A stretch of DNA of 23,835 nt from Promethearchaeota archaeon (GCA_048939015.1 JBHLPW010000068.1:1-23835), one strand, 5' to 3'. Numbered from the stretch's first letter, positions 8,630 to 17,038 are shown. The notes: generated by a model from the letters alone, not told the origin. Numbers and translations are program-made.

Positions 8630-9823
8630 TTGAGTTCAAATTTACCTCCTCAAGCCAAAGCAAAATATCAAGAGTATTTAGATGCCGGTGCTTTAGAAGA
8701 TAGAATCAAGAAATTAGAAGAGTTTTTATCCCTTGTTCCTAAGCATAAAGCAACTGAAAAAATTGTCGCACTTAATAAATCTCGTTTAGCAAAAATGAAA
8801 CGAGAATTAGATGACCGGAGACAGAAACAAAAAAGCACACAAAAAATAGTTAGTCCTTTTTCGATAAAAAAAGAAGGAATTCAGGTAATTTTGGTTAGTC
8901 ATTACCAAACTCCTGGAGTTGGCAAAACTTCACTTTTGAATTTACTGACTGGAGCTGCAAAGGAGAAAATTGGTAAATATACTGCTTTACCAGAAATTGG
9001 AATTTATCAATATGAAAAAATCAGGTTTCAAATAGTTGAAATGCCCTCGATTATGGAAGGTGCCTCCGAGGGGGTTGGAAATGGTAAAGAAATACTAGCT
9101 CAAATTAGAGCTGCTGATTTATTATGCTTTTGCATAGATTTATCAAGAGATATCGATGCGCAAATACAATTATTATCAAATGAACTTTCTAAAGCAGATA
9201 TTAGAATTAATATCACACCTCCACCCATAACCATTGAAAAAACTGGAGCCAATAAGATTCAAGTCCTTTACTTAACCAAAGAGGCAAAAAAAATTAAAGA
9301 ATTAGATGAATTTACAGAGGAAATAAAAGATATTATATACGAAAATGGGATTCGTAATGCTATTGTTAAAATTTATGGTGAAATAGCCCTTGATGAAGTT
9401 ATTGATGCTTTAACTCCATCTATAGTATATAAAAAAGTAATATTATTAGGTACTAAGGGAGATCTATCTTATACTCAAGATATTTTTGAAAATATAAAAA
9501 GTAAGTATTCAGAAAAATTTCCTATAATTTTAGGTACAAGTTATCGAAAAGAGAGTATTCCTGAAGAATTTGGGGCAATTATCCTCAAATATTTAAAGAA
9601 AATTCGAATATATACTATGAGCGGTGGAATTGTTGCTGAACAACCACTAATAATGGATGTGCATCCTACAATTAAAGATGTTGCTTTAAAAGTACATCGG
9701 AGTTTTTTTGAATCTTTTGATTATGCTATTGTAATAAGAGAAGGAGAACGTCAAAAACGTAAAAAAGTCGGTTTAGATTATGAATTACAAGATAATGATA
9801 TAGTAGAAATACATATATTCTAA
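8630..9823 (+). CDS. DRG/OBG-family GTPase-like protein with C-terminal TGS domain (degenerate G motifs)
   Basis: PKHKATEK N-terminus, PGVGKTS, EGASEGVGNGKEILAQIRAADL, IRIYT, KVH..F, KVGLDYELQDNDIVEI (TGS). TTG start with GAGGT at 8620-8624. Confidence 0.88.
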   Translation: MSSNLPPQAKAKYQEYLDAGALEDRIKKLEEFLSLVPKHKATEKIVALNKSRLAKMKRELDDRRQKQKSTQKIVSPFSIKKEGIQVILVSHYQTPGVGKTSLLNLLTGAAKEKIGKYTALPEIGIYQYEKIRFQIVEMPSIMEGASEGVGNGKEILAQIRAADLLCFCIDLSRDIDAQIQLLSNELSKADIRINITPPPITIEKTGANKIQVLYLTKEAKKIKELDEFTEEIKDIIYENGIRNAIVKIYGEIALDEVIDALTPSIVYKKVILLGTKGDLSYTQDIFENIKSKYSEKFPIILGTSYRKESIPEEFGAIILKYLKKIRIYTMSGGIVAEQPLIMDVHPTIKDVALKVHRSFFESFDYAIVIREGERQKRKKVGLDYELQDNDIVEIHIF

Positions 9824-12486
9824 TATTTGATTTTTTCAATTATCTTTGGAATTTTATTAATCTCTTTTATATAATCATCATTTAAATTAGAGATACCTTC
9901 TGCGATATTTCTTATGCTTTCTAGACTATAGATTAAATTCTCTAAATAATCAATTATATCTCCTTTAAACACTAATATTTTATATTCTTCCTTTAAATAA
10001 TCAGAAATTTCTTCAATTGTCATCATTTCTTTAATACGTAGATTTACAATTAATTTTTCAAAGTTTAATCGCCCACAATCACAATAAGGATTATCTTTAC
10101 AATTGCAATTAAATATATCACTTGTTAATTTTGTTATGAAATCAATAAATTCTCGTGAAAATGTCTTTCTTTTTTTAACATAGTCAGCATTCATCAGAGA
10201 TAAGACACTGGCACTAAATAAGTTATTTGAAAAATATTTCATATTAGCATTTCTTGACAAATCTGCGACAATATTTTTTGATAAGTATATATTTCTTAGG
10301 ACTTCTAAGTCTAAAGCAATTTCTAGAGGTGTTGCTAAATTGTTTTGTAATTTTTTAATGATATCAAAACTATCATCGATACTCAAAAAAGAACTTGCAA
10401 TTGCTCTTCCTAAACGAGTTGCTTTTACTGTCAAATCTTCCTTTATCCTTATTAATTTAAAAGCTATTAATTTTTTCAAAACTGCTTCTAAGTCAAAATG
10501 ATCATTAATTAAATGGTTATAGTAATCATAGATCTTTTGTTTTGAAATCCATTGGTTAAACATTGAAAAAAAAGCATTAATCTCTGTTTGAGATTTGTCT
10601 TCATTAGGGATAAGCTCATAATCTTTAATTTTTCCATTTAATAGTTTAATTGCAATATTTTCTTCTGTATTTTTCATTTTAGGAGAATATACTTTTCCTG
10701 GTTCAACAAGAATATATGCTAGACCCTTCTCATGTTTTTTTAACCTTCCTGCTCTTCCTAACATCTGTTCAAATTCTGCAACTGTTAACCAGTTTATTCC
10801 CATCGCTAAGGATTCGAAAATTACTTGTCTTGCTGGAAGGTCTACTCCTGCAGCTAAAGCTGCAGTTGCAACCACTCCAGTAATTCTCTGAGTTTGAAAG
10901 TCTTCTTCAATAACTTTCCTCTCGTCATTAGTTAATCCAGAATGATATGCAGAAACATTAATTCCTTTATTTTGCAAATAAGATGTTAATGATTCACACT
11001 TTTTTCTTGTATTTGAAAAAATTATTGACTGACCCTTAAATCCAAATTTAGATTTTTCATAAAAAGAGTTTTTTACTAATTTTGAAATGAATTTCTGCTT
11101 CTGGGTTTCATTTATGCATATAATTAAGTGGCGTTCAACAGGAACTGGACGATTATTATATTTTATTAATTTACAGTTCAATTTTTTCGCTAATTGCTCT
11201 GGTTCTCCTAAAGTTGCACTCAAATATAAAAATTGGGCATTAAATTGTGTTTTAAGTCTTGCTATTAAACCATCTAAAATAAATCCACGATCAACATCTA
11301 TTAAAGTTTGTATTTCATCAATAATGATTGTACCTATACTTCCTAAGAATTCTTTTTTTCCACTCCTTAAAATATAGTCAATTGCTTCATAAGTTGCTAT
11401 AATAACATGAGAATTTGTCAACTCTTCGAGTTTTATCTCTTCTTTTTTACCAAACAGAGATTCTCCCACTTTTTTAATAATTTTTAAATTAGCAGATTTA
11501 TATTTTTCTTTAAATTCTTCTGTTCTTATATTTGCTAATGCAACGATTGGTACTAAATATAAAAGTTTGGAATTTCTATCCATTAAAACTCTCGAAATAC
11601 CAGCCAATTCTCCTACTAATGTTTTTCCTCCAGAAGTAGGAGCCATTATTAATTGATTACAACCTTCATCTAATAGACCTTTTTCAACTGATATTGCTTG
11701 AATTGGTAGTAAAGTAGAGAGAGATTTTTCTGTTAAGATATCTTTAAACTCAGGAGGAATTGCTAGATTTTCAATTTTTATATTAAGATATTTCTTACTT
11801 ATTGTGGTTTCTTTTTCGATATCATAAAATGTAATTTCCTTGTTATTTACTGGATTGAAATCTGCACTAAAAGCACTGAGTACTTTTTTGACATCCTTAA
11901 ATTTAAGTAACATATGCATTAGGAAATTTTTTAATTTTGGACTAATTTTTTCTTTAGAAATTATCCCTGTTAGCTTAAATCTATTCGCAATAATAGCATA
12001 GGCACACTCAGAACAAATTATTTGATTTTTTAAGGATTTAATTTGTAAATTTTCATTTAACAATGTGAATTTTTTTTTATCTAGACAAGAATCGCATATC
12101 GTTAAATTAATTATTTTGTTTGCATCATATTGAAATCTTTTTAACATCTCTTTAACTGGCAAAACATCTCGAGGATTAGTTTGGCTTGAGAACGCAATAA
12201 ATTTGTTTTTTTCTGATTTTATAAATTTTCTGAATAAATGAGGATCAACTGGTTTTTTATTTCCATCAATTTCAATTTTATTGAAATTAAGAGGTCTCAA
12301 TTTATTTTTAAAATCTAATCCAAATACAACAGTACCCTTGAAGAAAGGTTTATTTATATATGTAAATGCGAATTTTTTCTTCTTGAATGTTTTAAGATAA
12401 AAAAAATTAACATTGAACAGCAGTTCTTTTCGATGATCACGATTTCTATCTAGAACAATGAAATAAGATCTTGAAGGGATACTCAA
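9820..12486 (-). CDS. Archaea-specific Ski2-like superfamily II helicase (ASH-Ski2/COG1202-like)
   Basis: Q motif LLPIQ, Walker A APTSGGKTLVGE, DEIQ, SAT, YHSGL, TAALAAGVDLP, QMLGRAGR, N-terminal CxxC..CxxC and C-terminal CNCKDNPYCDCG. Confidence 0.9.
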   Translation of the reverse strand: MSIPSRSYFIVLDRNRDHRKELLFNVNFFYLKTFKKKKFAFTYINKPFFKGTVVFGLDFKNKLRPLNFNKIEIDGNKKPVDPHLFRKFIKSEKNKFIAFSSQTNPRDVLPVKEMLKRFQYDANKIINLTICDSCLDKKKFTLLNENLQIKSLKNQIICSECAYAIIANRFKLTGIISKEKISPKLKNFLMHMLLKFKDVKKVLSAFSADFNPVNNKEITFYDIEKETTISKKYLNIKIENLAIPPEFKDILTEKSLSTLLPIQAISVEKGLLDEGCNQLIMAPTSGGKTLVGELAGISRVLMDRNSKLLYLVPIVALANIRTEEFKEKYKSANLKIIKKVGESLFGKKEEIKLEELTNSHVIIATYEAIDYILRSGKKEFLGSIGTIIIDEIQTLIDVDRGFILDGLIARLKTQFNAQFLYLSATLGEPEQLAKKLNCKLIKYNNRPVPVERHLIICINETQKQKFISKLVKNSFYEKSKFGFKGQSIIFSNTRKKCESLTSYLQNKGINVSAYHSGLTNDERKVIEEDFQTQRITGVVATAALAAGVDLPARQVIFESLAMGINWLTVAEFEQMLGRAGRLKKHEKGLAYILVEPGKVYSPKMKNTEENIAIKLLNGKIKDYELIPNEDKSQTEINAFFSMFNQWISKQKIYDYYNHLINDHFDLEAVLKKLIAFKLIRIKEDLTVKATRLGRAIASSFLSIDDSFDIIKKLQNNLATPLEIALDLEVLRNIYLSKNIVADLSRNANMKYFSNNLFSASVLSLMNADYVKKRKTFSREFIDFITKLTSDIFNCNCKDNPYCDCGRLNFEKLIVNLRIKEMMTIEEISDYLKEEYKILVFKGDIIDYLENLIYSLESIRNIAEGISNLNDDYIKEINKIPKIIEKIKY

Positions 12487-12615
12487 TTTGAAACCATTTA
12501 TTAATAATAATTAATTGAAATGAAAACTAACAATTCAATTTTATTCTTTTTTCAAAAAACCTGAAATAATTTAATGAGAAAATGAATATTTTGACAATAA
12601 AAAAGAAATAAAAAA

Positions 12616-12777
12616 TTAAAATCCAAATACACTTTTAATTTTATCGTAGATTTCTTTTATTTGTCTAAGTTTTGTATCATCTCCCTGATTTAGGAAATGC
12701 TCTACCCATTGCGAAAGACCCTGATTCTTAATCCACTCGAGAAAATATTCTACAGATTGACGTTCTTCAGCAGACAT
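12616..12777 (-). CDS. Small protein (53 aa) resembling the N-terminal part of a SAM domain; absent from the ORF track
   Basis: ATG at 12777 to TAA at 12616 reads MSAEERQSVEYFLEWIKNQGLSQWVEHFLNQGDDTKLRQIKEIYDKIKSVFGF. The segment is more GC-rich than the flanks and is followed by T-runs on the - strand. Confidence 0.75.
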   Translation of the reverse strand: MSAEERQSVEYFLEWIKNQGLSQWVEHFLNQGDDTKLRQIKEIYDKIKSVFGF

Positions 12778-12916
12778 AAAAATTACTTTTTTGTAGTTTT
12801 TTTGTATTTTCTTTTATATAAAAATTATAAATTATTATATTTTATATTTTTATAATTCCAAATCAGTTAAATATTGTTAGAGTAATTTTTAAATAAATTT
12901 TAAATATGTGAAGAAA

Positions 12917-13873
12917 ATGTCAGTTAGGATTAAAACGCCAAATTTGGATGACATCTTTGAAAAATGGAAACAAAAAGCTGCAAGGACTGACCGAAAAAAG
13001 ATGGAAAAACAGTTCGGAACCAAAGGGGCTGTATTTTCCTTAGATGCGATAAGTGCAGCAGAATATGTTAAAGATACAATGAAAGAAGCAGCCATTTATT
13101 TTGCTGTTAAAAAATCTCTTGGACCAGCACCTAAAGGAAAAGAAGAAAATTTAGTAACAGCACCAAGAGTCGGTAGAGTACAATATTATTCCTTTAAAGG
13201 AGCAACTAAAATTGATAAAGAAAAATGGAAAGGTGACGAAAAAGTAGCCCAATTTGAGTCAATTCAAGCGGTTCCTTGCAAAACTTGTAGAGGAAGAGGA
13301 TATCTTGAAGATAAATGCAAAACTTGTAAAGGGACAGGAAAGATTGAGGAAACATTTACGGTATTAGTTGGAGAAGAACAAAATAAGGAAAAGAAAGTCT
13401 TTTCATATCCCTGTGGTGCATGTTATGGAACAGGAAACCGATCCGAACCATGCAAAGAGTGTGGTGGTCATAAAAACATGTATAAATATGAAATTCTTCC
13501 AGTTCCTTTTAAAACTGTAGTCACAGGAGTTCCAATTTTACATAGTAGCGCTCAAACCAGATATGAAAAAGAGATCGGAGATGATCTTCATAAGATGATT
13601 GAAGATGTAGAAGGAATACGGTTTAGTGAATTTAAAGAATTAGAATCGAAAGCAGAAGCTTCATTAGGGTACATGAACAAAAATATTAGTAAAACTATAG
13701 GAGCTGCGAGGAATGATTATAAAAAACATGAGAAAGATAAAGATGCTCAAATCCAATCCCAAATTTACCTATTTCCCATGATTCAAATGTTCTGTGAAAC
13801 GAAAAAGGGCTCTAAATTCGAAATCTACAGCTTAGGATCTGGAAATAAGTTTATGATCTATTCAAATTTTTAG
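12917..13873 (+). CDS. DnaJ-type CxxCxGxG zinc-finger protein without a J domain (SSUH2-like)
   Basis: CKTCRGRG, CKTCKGTG, CGACYGTG, CKECGG and no HPD motif. ATG at 12917 preferred over GTG at 12908. Confidence 0.75.
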   Translation: MSVRIKTPNLDDIFEKWKQKAARTDRKKMEKQFGTKGAVFSLDAISAAEYVKDTMKEAAIYFAVKKSLGPAPKGKEENLVTAPRVGRVQYYSFKGATKIDKEKWKGDEKVAQFESIQAVPCKTCRGRGYLEDKCKTCKGTGKIEETFTVLVGEEQNKEKKVFSYPCGACYGTGNRSEPCKECGGHKNMYKYEILPVPFKTVVTGVPILHSSAQTRYEKEIGDDLHKMIEDVEGIRFSEFKELESKAEASLGYMNKNISKTIGAARNDYKKHEKDKDAQIQSQIYLFPMIQMFCETKKGSKFEIYSLGSGNKFMIYSNF

Positions 13874-13878
13874 TTTAA

Positions 13879-13911
13879 TTTTTTTTTGATTAAAAAAATT
13901 TTTTTTTTCTA
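13879..13911 (+). terminator. Oligo-T tract, probable archaeal terminator
   Basis: T9 and T11 runs immediately after the stop codon at 13873. Confidence 0.5.
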
Positions 13912-13985
13912 TTTATTCTACAATCGTTTTTCTCCTAGTATAATTGCTGATCTAAACATTTAAAAATAATAAGATATAAACATAG

Positions 13986-14020
13986 GTTGAAACTTATATA
14001 TAAGTTGAAACTTATATATA
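13986..14020 (+). repeat. Tandem 17-bp direct repeat GTTGAAACTTATATATA (period 18) with a BRE/TATA-like core
   Basis: Identical copies at 13986-14002 and 14004-14020. The junction creates the perfect palindrome AACTTATATATAAGTT (13991-14006). Confidence 0.8.
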
Positions 14021-14034
14021 CAAAGTGAGAAATT

Positions 14035-14661
14035 ATGATTGAAGAAAGTAAAATGGTGAAAAAAAATAAGGTTTATGATAAGAAGGGTTTTATAGGTTAT
14101 TATTTACCTAATAACGTATTATCCTTATCAATTATAAGCATATTTGCGGCTTTAATTTGTGTATTGACTATTATTATCAGAATACCAATTCCTATAACTA
14201 CAGGATATATAAATATAGGTGATTTTGGTGTTATGTTATCTGGCTTATATTTTGGTCCAATTATAGGAGGTCTTGCTGGAGGTATTGGATCTGCTATTGC
14301 AGATATCATTGGGTTCCCACAATTTGCTATTCCAACCTTAATAATTAAAGGTTTGGAAGGATTCATTGTTGGGTTAATTAGCAATCCAAAGAAGAAAGTA
14401 TTAAAAATTGATTATAGAGATATTATTGCGGTAATTATCGGCGGATTTATTATGATCACTGGTTACTTTCTTGTCGAACTTCCAATATACGGAGTAGGAG
14501 CAGCTTTGTTTGAATTACCTGGAAACTTATTTCAATTCGGATTTGGAGTTATTGGATCTTTAATATTAGTAGCAGCTACTCGTAAAATTCTAACAGTAAA
14601 TTTACCATATGTTTATAATAAAATCTTTATTTCTATTGATACCGAAGAAATTGATTTCTAA
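14035..14661 (+). CDS. ECF transporter substrate-specific S component
   Basis: IPIPITTGYINIGD, FGPIIGGLAGGIGSAIAD, PTLIIKGLEG, PGNLFQ; about 6 TM helices. Confidence 0.9.
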   Translation: MIEESKMVKKNKVYDKKGFIGYYLPNNVLSLSIISIFAALICVLTIIIRIPIPITTGYINIGDFGVMLSGLYFGPIIGGLAGGIGSAIADIIGFPQFAIPTLIIKGLEGFIVGLISNPKKKVLKIDYRDIIAVIIGGFIMITGYFLVELPIYGVGAALFELPGNLFQFGFGVIGSLILVAATRKILTVNLPYVYNKIFISIDTEEIDF

Positions 14662-14666
14662 TCTGT

Positions 14667-16103
14667 TTAAAGTAATGTAATTAATACATCTAAAGCGTCT
14701 AAAACCTTCTTACCACTTTCAGTTATAAAATAAAACACATTTTTACCTTCTTTTTTTCGGGAAATTAAACCCTTAGATTCTAATTCTTTTAGATGTTGAT
14801 AAATTGCTGCTAAACTTATAGTACCCATAATCTCTTGAATTTTAGTGCCACTTATTCCTTTGATACTCGATAATGAAACTTGAGATAATATTTTCAATTT
14901 TGTAATAATGATTGATCCCTTTCCAGTCGTTTTAGTTTGAGATGAAATTGCTTCTAAGACATATGGTGCTTTTAATCCACTTCCTGTAATTATACAAATA
15001 ATCTTTTCATTAATTCCAAACATATCTTCTCGATTCAATGATTCTAATGCTGCTACTGTTAATGCAGAAGCGGGTTCAGCAAAGATTCCTTCATATCTAA
15101 TTAGTTTATCTATTGAATTCAGAATATTATCCTCAGGAATTGTAATAACTGTACCTCCGCTTTCTCTTATGCACTTAATAGCAAAGTCACTGTATAATGG
15201 CTTTTTTACTAAGATTCCTAAAGCAAGTGATTTTTCGAGATTACGATTTGGGCTGTCAATAATATCTTTTTTGAAAAATGCATCTGCAATAGGAGATAAA
15301 ACTTGAGATTGTATTCCTATTAATTTTGGGATTCTACTAATGACTTTAATATTTAATAACTCATGAAATCCTTTCCATAAACTTACCAATAATTCTCCAC
15401 TCCCCATAGGGATTAAAATCCAATTTGGATCTTCCACTTGCTTAATTAATTCGTAAGCAATGGTTTTTTGGGCTTCAAGAGTAAGTGGATTCAATTCAGC
15501 AGTACCTTGATAGAAATCTTCAATATTTTCTCTTTTTAACATATTTACAATGGCATCATCAACAGTTTTTCCCCTTACTTCTAATTTAGAGTCATATGCT
15601 ATCATTTGTGCTTTTTTACCTACATCGATTATTTCTGGAATGATATTCATACAAGTCATTCCTTCAATAGAAGTATATGCAGCCAATGAAGCACCTTGAT
15701 TACCATTCGAAGCACAAATAATTTTATCATAATCCCAACTCCTCGCATGTGAAGTTAATAATGCTGCAACACGATCCTTAAATGAATTAGTAGGATTTTG
15801 AGTTTCATCTTTGAAGTACAAGGATTTTAATCCTAATTTTTCTCCAAATTTTTTTGATCTTCGACATGGAGTTCCCCCTTCCCCTAAAGATATAATAAAA
15901 GCATCCTTAATATAAGGAACCGTAAATCTACAATCCCAAAATTTACTTAAATTCTCAATTTTAGAGAAATCCTGTTTAAGCGTTTCTTTATTAACTTCAT
16001 ACCACAATATACCATTACATTCAGGGCATTTATGCTGAATAGAGAATAATTCAAACTTTTTTTTACACTCAATACAAGTTAAAATTAGTGGTTTTCTAAT
16101 AAT
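14667..16103 (-). CDS. thrC: Threonine synthase-like PLP enzyme with N-terminal zinc ribbon and C-terminal winged HTH
   Basis: LGEGGTP, NPTNSFKDR (PLP lysine), ASNGNQGAS, PMGSG, EPASA, TGSGLK. The frame stays open upstream of the listed TTG (16007) through CIEC..CPEC to ATT at 16103. Confidence 0.85.
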   Translation of the reverse strand: MIRKPLILTCIECKKKFELFSIQHKCPECNGILWYEVNKETLKQDFSKIENLSKFWDCRFTVPYIKDAFIISLGEGGTPCRRSKKFGEKLGLKSLYFKDETQNPTNSFKDRVAALLTSHARSWDYDKIICASNGNQGASLAAYTSIEGMTCMNIIPEIIDVGKKAQMIAYDSKLEVRGKTVDDAIVNMLKRENIEDFYQGTAELNPLTLEAQKTIAYELIKQVEDPNWILIPMGSGELLVSLWKGFHELLNIKVISRIPKLIGIQSQVLSPIADAFFKKDIIDSPNRNLEKSLALGILVKKPLYSDFAIKCIRESGGTVITIPEDNILNSIDKLIRYEGIFAEPASALTVAALESLNREDMFGINEKIICIITGSGLKAPYVLEAISSQTKTTGKGSIIITKLKILSQVSLSSIKGISGTKIQEIMGTISLAAIYQHLKELESKGLISRKKEGKNVFYFITESGKKVLDALDVLITLL

Positions 16104-16210
16104 GAATTAACCTCTAAAATAGATATTATTTTTGATTTATTATTCATTTAGATTTTCTTATTATTAAGTACTTGTGAGATTATTAAGAATTTATGATTGA
16201 TCTATCTAAT

Positions 16211-16228
16211 TTTACGATCCATCGTAAA
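16211..16228. promoter_or_regulatory. Inverted repeat TTTACGAT-CC-ATCGTAAA, candidate operator
   Basis: Perfect 8-bp arms with a 2-bp spacer, directly 5' of a TTTATA TATA-like element upstream of the ZIP-ZIP-DtxR genes. Confidence 0.6.
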
Positions 16229-16282
16229 TTTTATATTAATAAAATTACTAATTAATATAAATTCTTACGGATGTGAAAATAG

Positions 16283-17038
16283 ATTCTTCTCTGGATTATA
16301 ATATTTAGTATTTTAGGAAGTATTGGTGCTATATTTCTTGCTTATATTTTTCTAAGTTTAAGGAAAATCTTACAAAAATCTCTTGTAACATGCTTGGTAG
16401 CCTATGCAACTGGTACATTATTAGCAGCAGCATCATTGGGAATGATCCCTACAGCCATATCAAAAGCAGGGGATTCAATGCAAATTGTAATGATCTTCTT
16501 TTTAGGAGGGCTTATGTTTTTTTTTATTCTTGAAAAATTAGTGATTTGGCGTCATTGTCATGATGCTGAATGTGTGGTTACAGGTGAAGCTGCTGGACCT
16601 ATTATTCTTATTGGAGATGCTTTCCATAATTTTGTAGATGGAATAGTTATTGCAGCATCTTTTTTGATAAATTTTACTTTTGGTATAGCGATTAGTCTTT
16701 CTGTTATTGCTCATGAACTTCCTCAAGAAGTAGGTGATTTAGCGATTTTAATTGATAAGAATTATTCAAAAAGAAAAGCATTTTTATATAATACTATTTC
16801 GGGGAGTACAACAATTCCTGCTGCTATAATTGGATATTTTGTCTTAGATTTGATCTCCATAGCAATTCCTTTCGTACTTGCGATTTCAGCAGCGAGTTTT
16901 CTTTATATTGCATTATCTGATTTAACACCGGAATTACATCAAAAATTAGGATTAAAACATAGTTTAAGGCAGCTGATTTTAATATTTGCAGGAATATTGA
17001 CTATGATTTTAATCTTTATGTTAAAATCCATATTATAA
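16283..17038 (+). CDS. ZIP-family (ZupT-like) divalent metal transporter, copy 1
   Basis: GDAFHNFVDG (TM4), HELPQEVGD (TM5), YIALSDLTPEL. The in-frame extension to ATT at 16283 aligns end to end with the downstream paralog. Confidence 0.92.
   Translation: MLLWIIIFSILGSIGAIFLAYIFLSLRKILQKSLVTCLVAYATGTLLAAASLGMIPTAISKAGDSMQIVMIFFLGGLMFFFILEKLVIWRHCHDAECVVTGEAAGPIILIGDAFHNFVDGIVIAASFLINFTFGIAISLSVIAHELPQEVGDLAILIDKNYSKRKAFLYNTISGSTTIPAAIIGYFVLDLISIAIPFVLAISAASFLYIALSDLTPELHQKLGLKHSLRQLILIFAGILTMILIFMLKSIL

Noticed and set aside
12917-13873. Calling this gene dnaJ
   Set aside because: No J domain or HPD motif, no G/F region, and no dnaK/grpE neighbours.
13986-14020. Direct repeat containing GTTGAAAC as a CRISPR remnant
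   Set aside because: Only two 17-bp copies separated by 1 nt, with no spacers and no cas genes.
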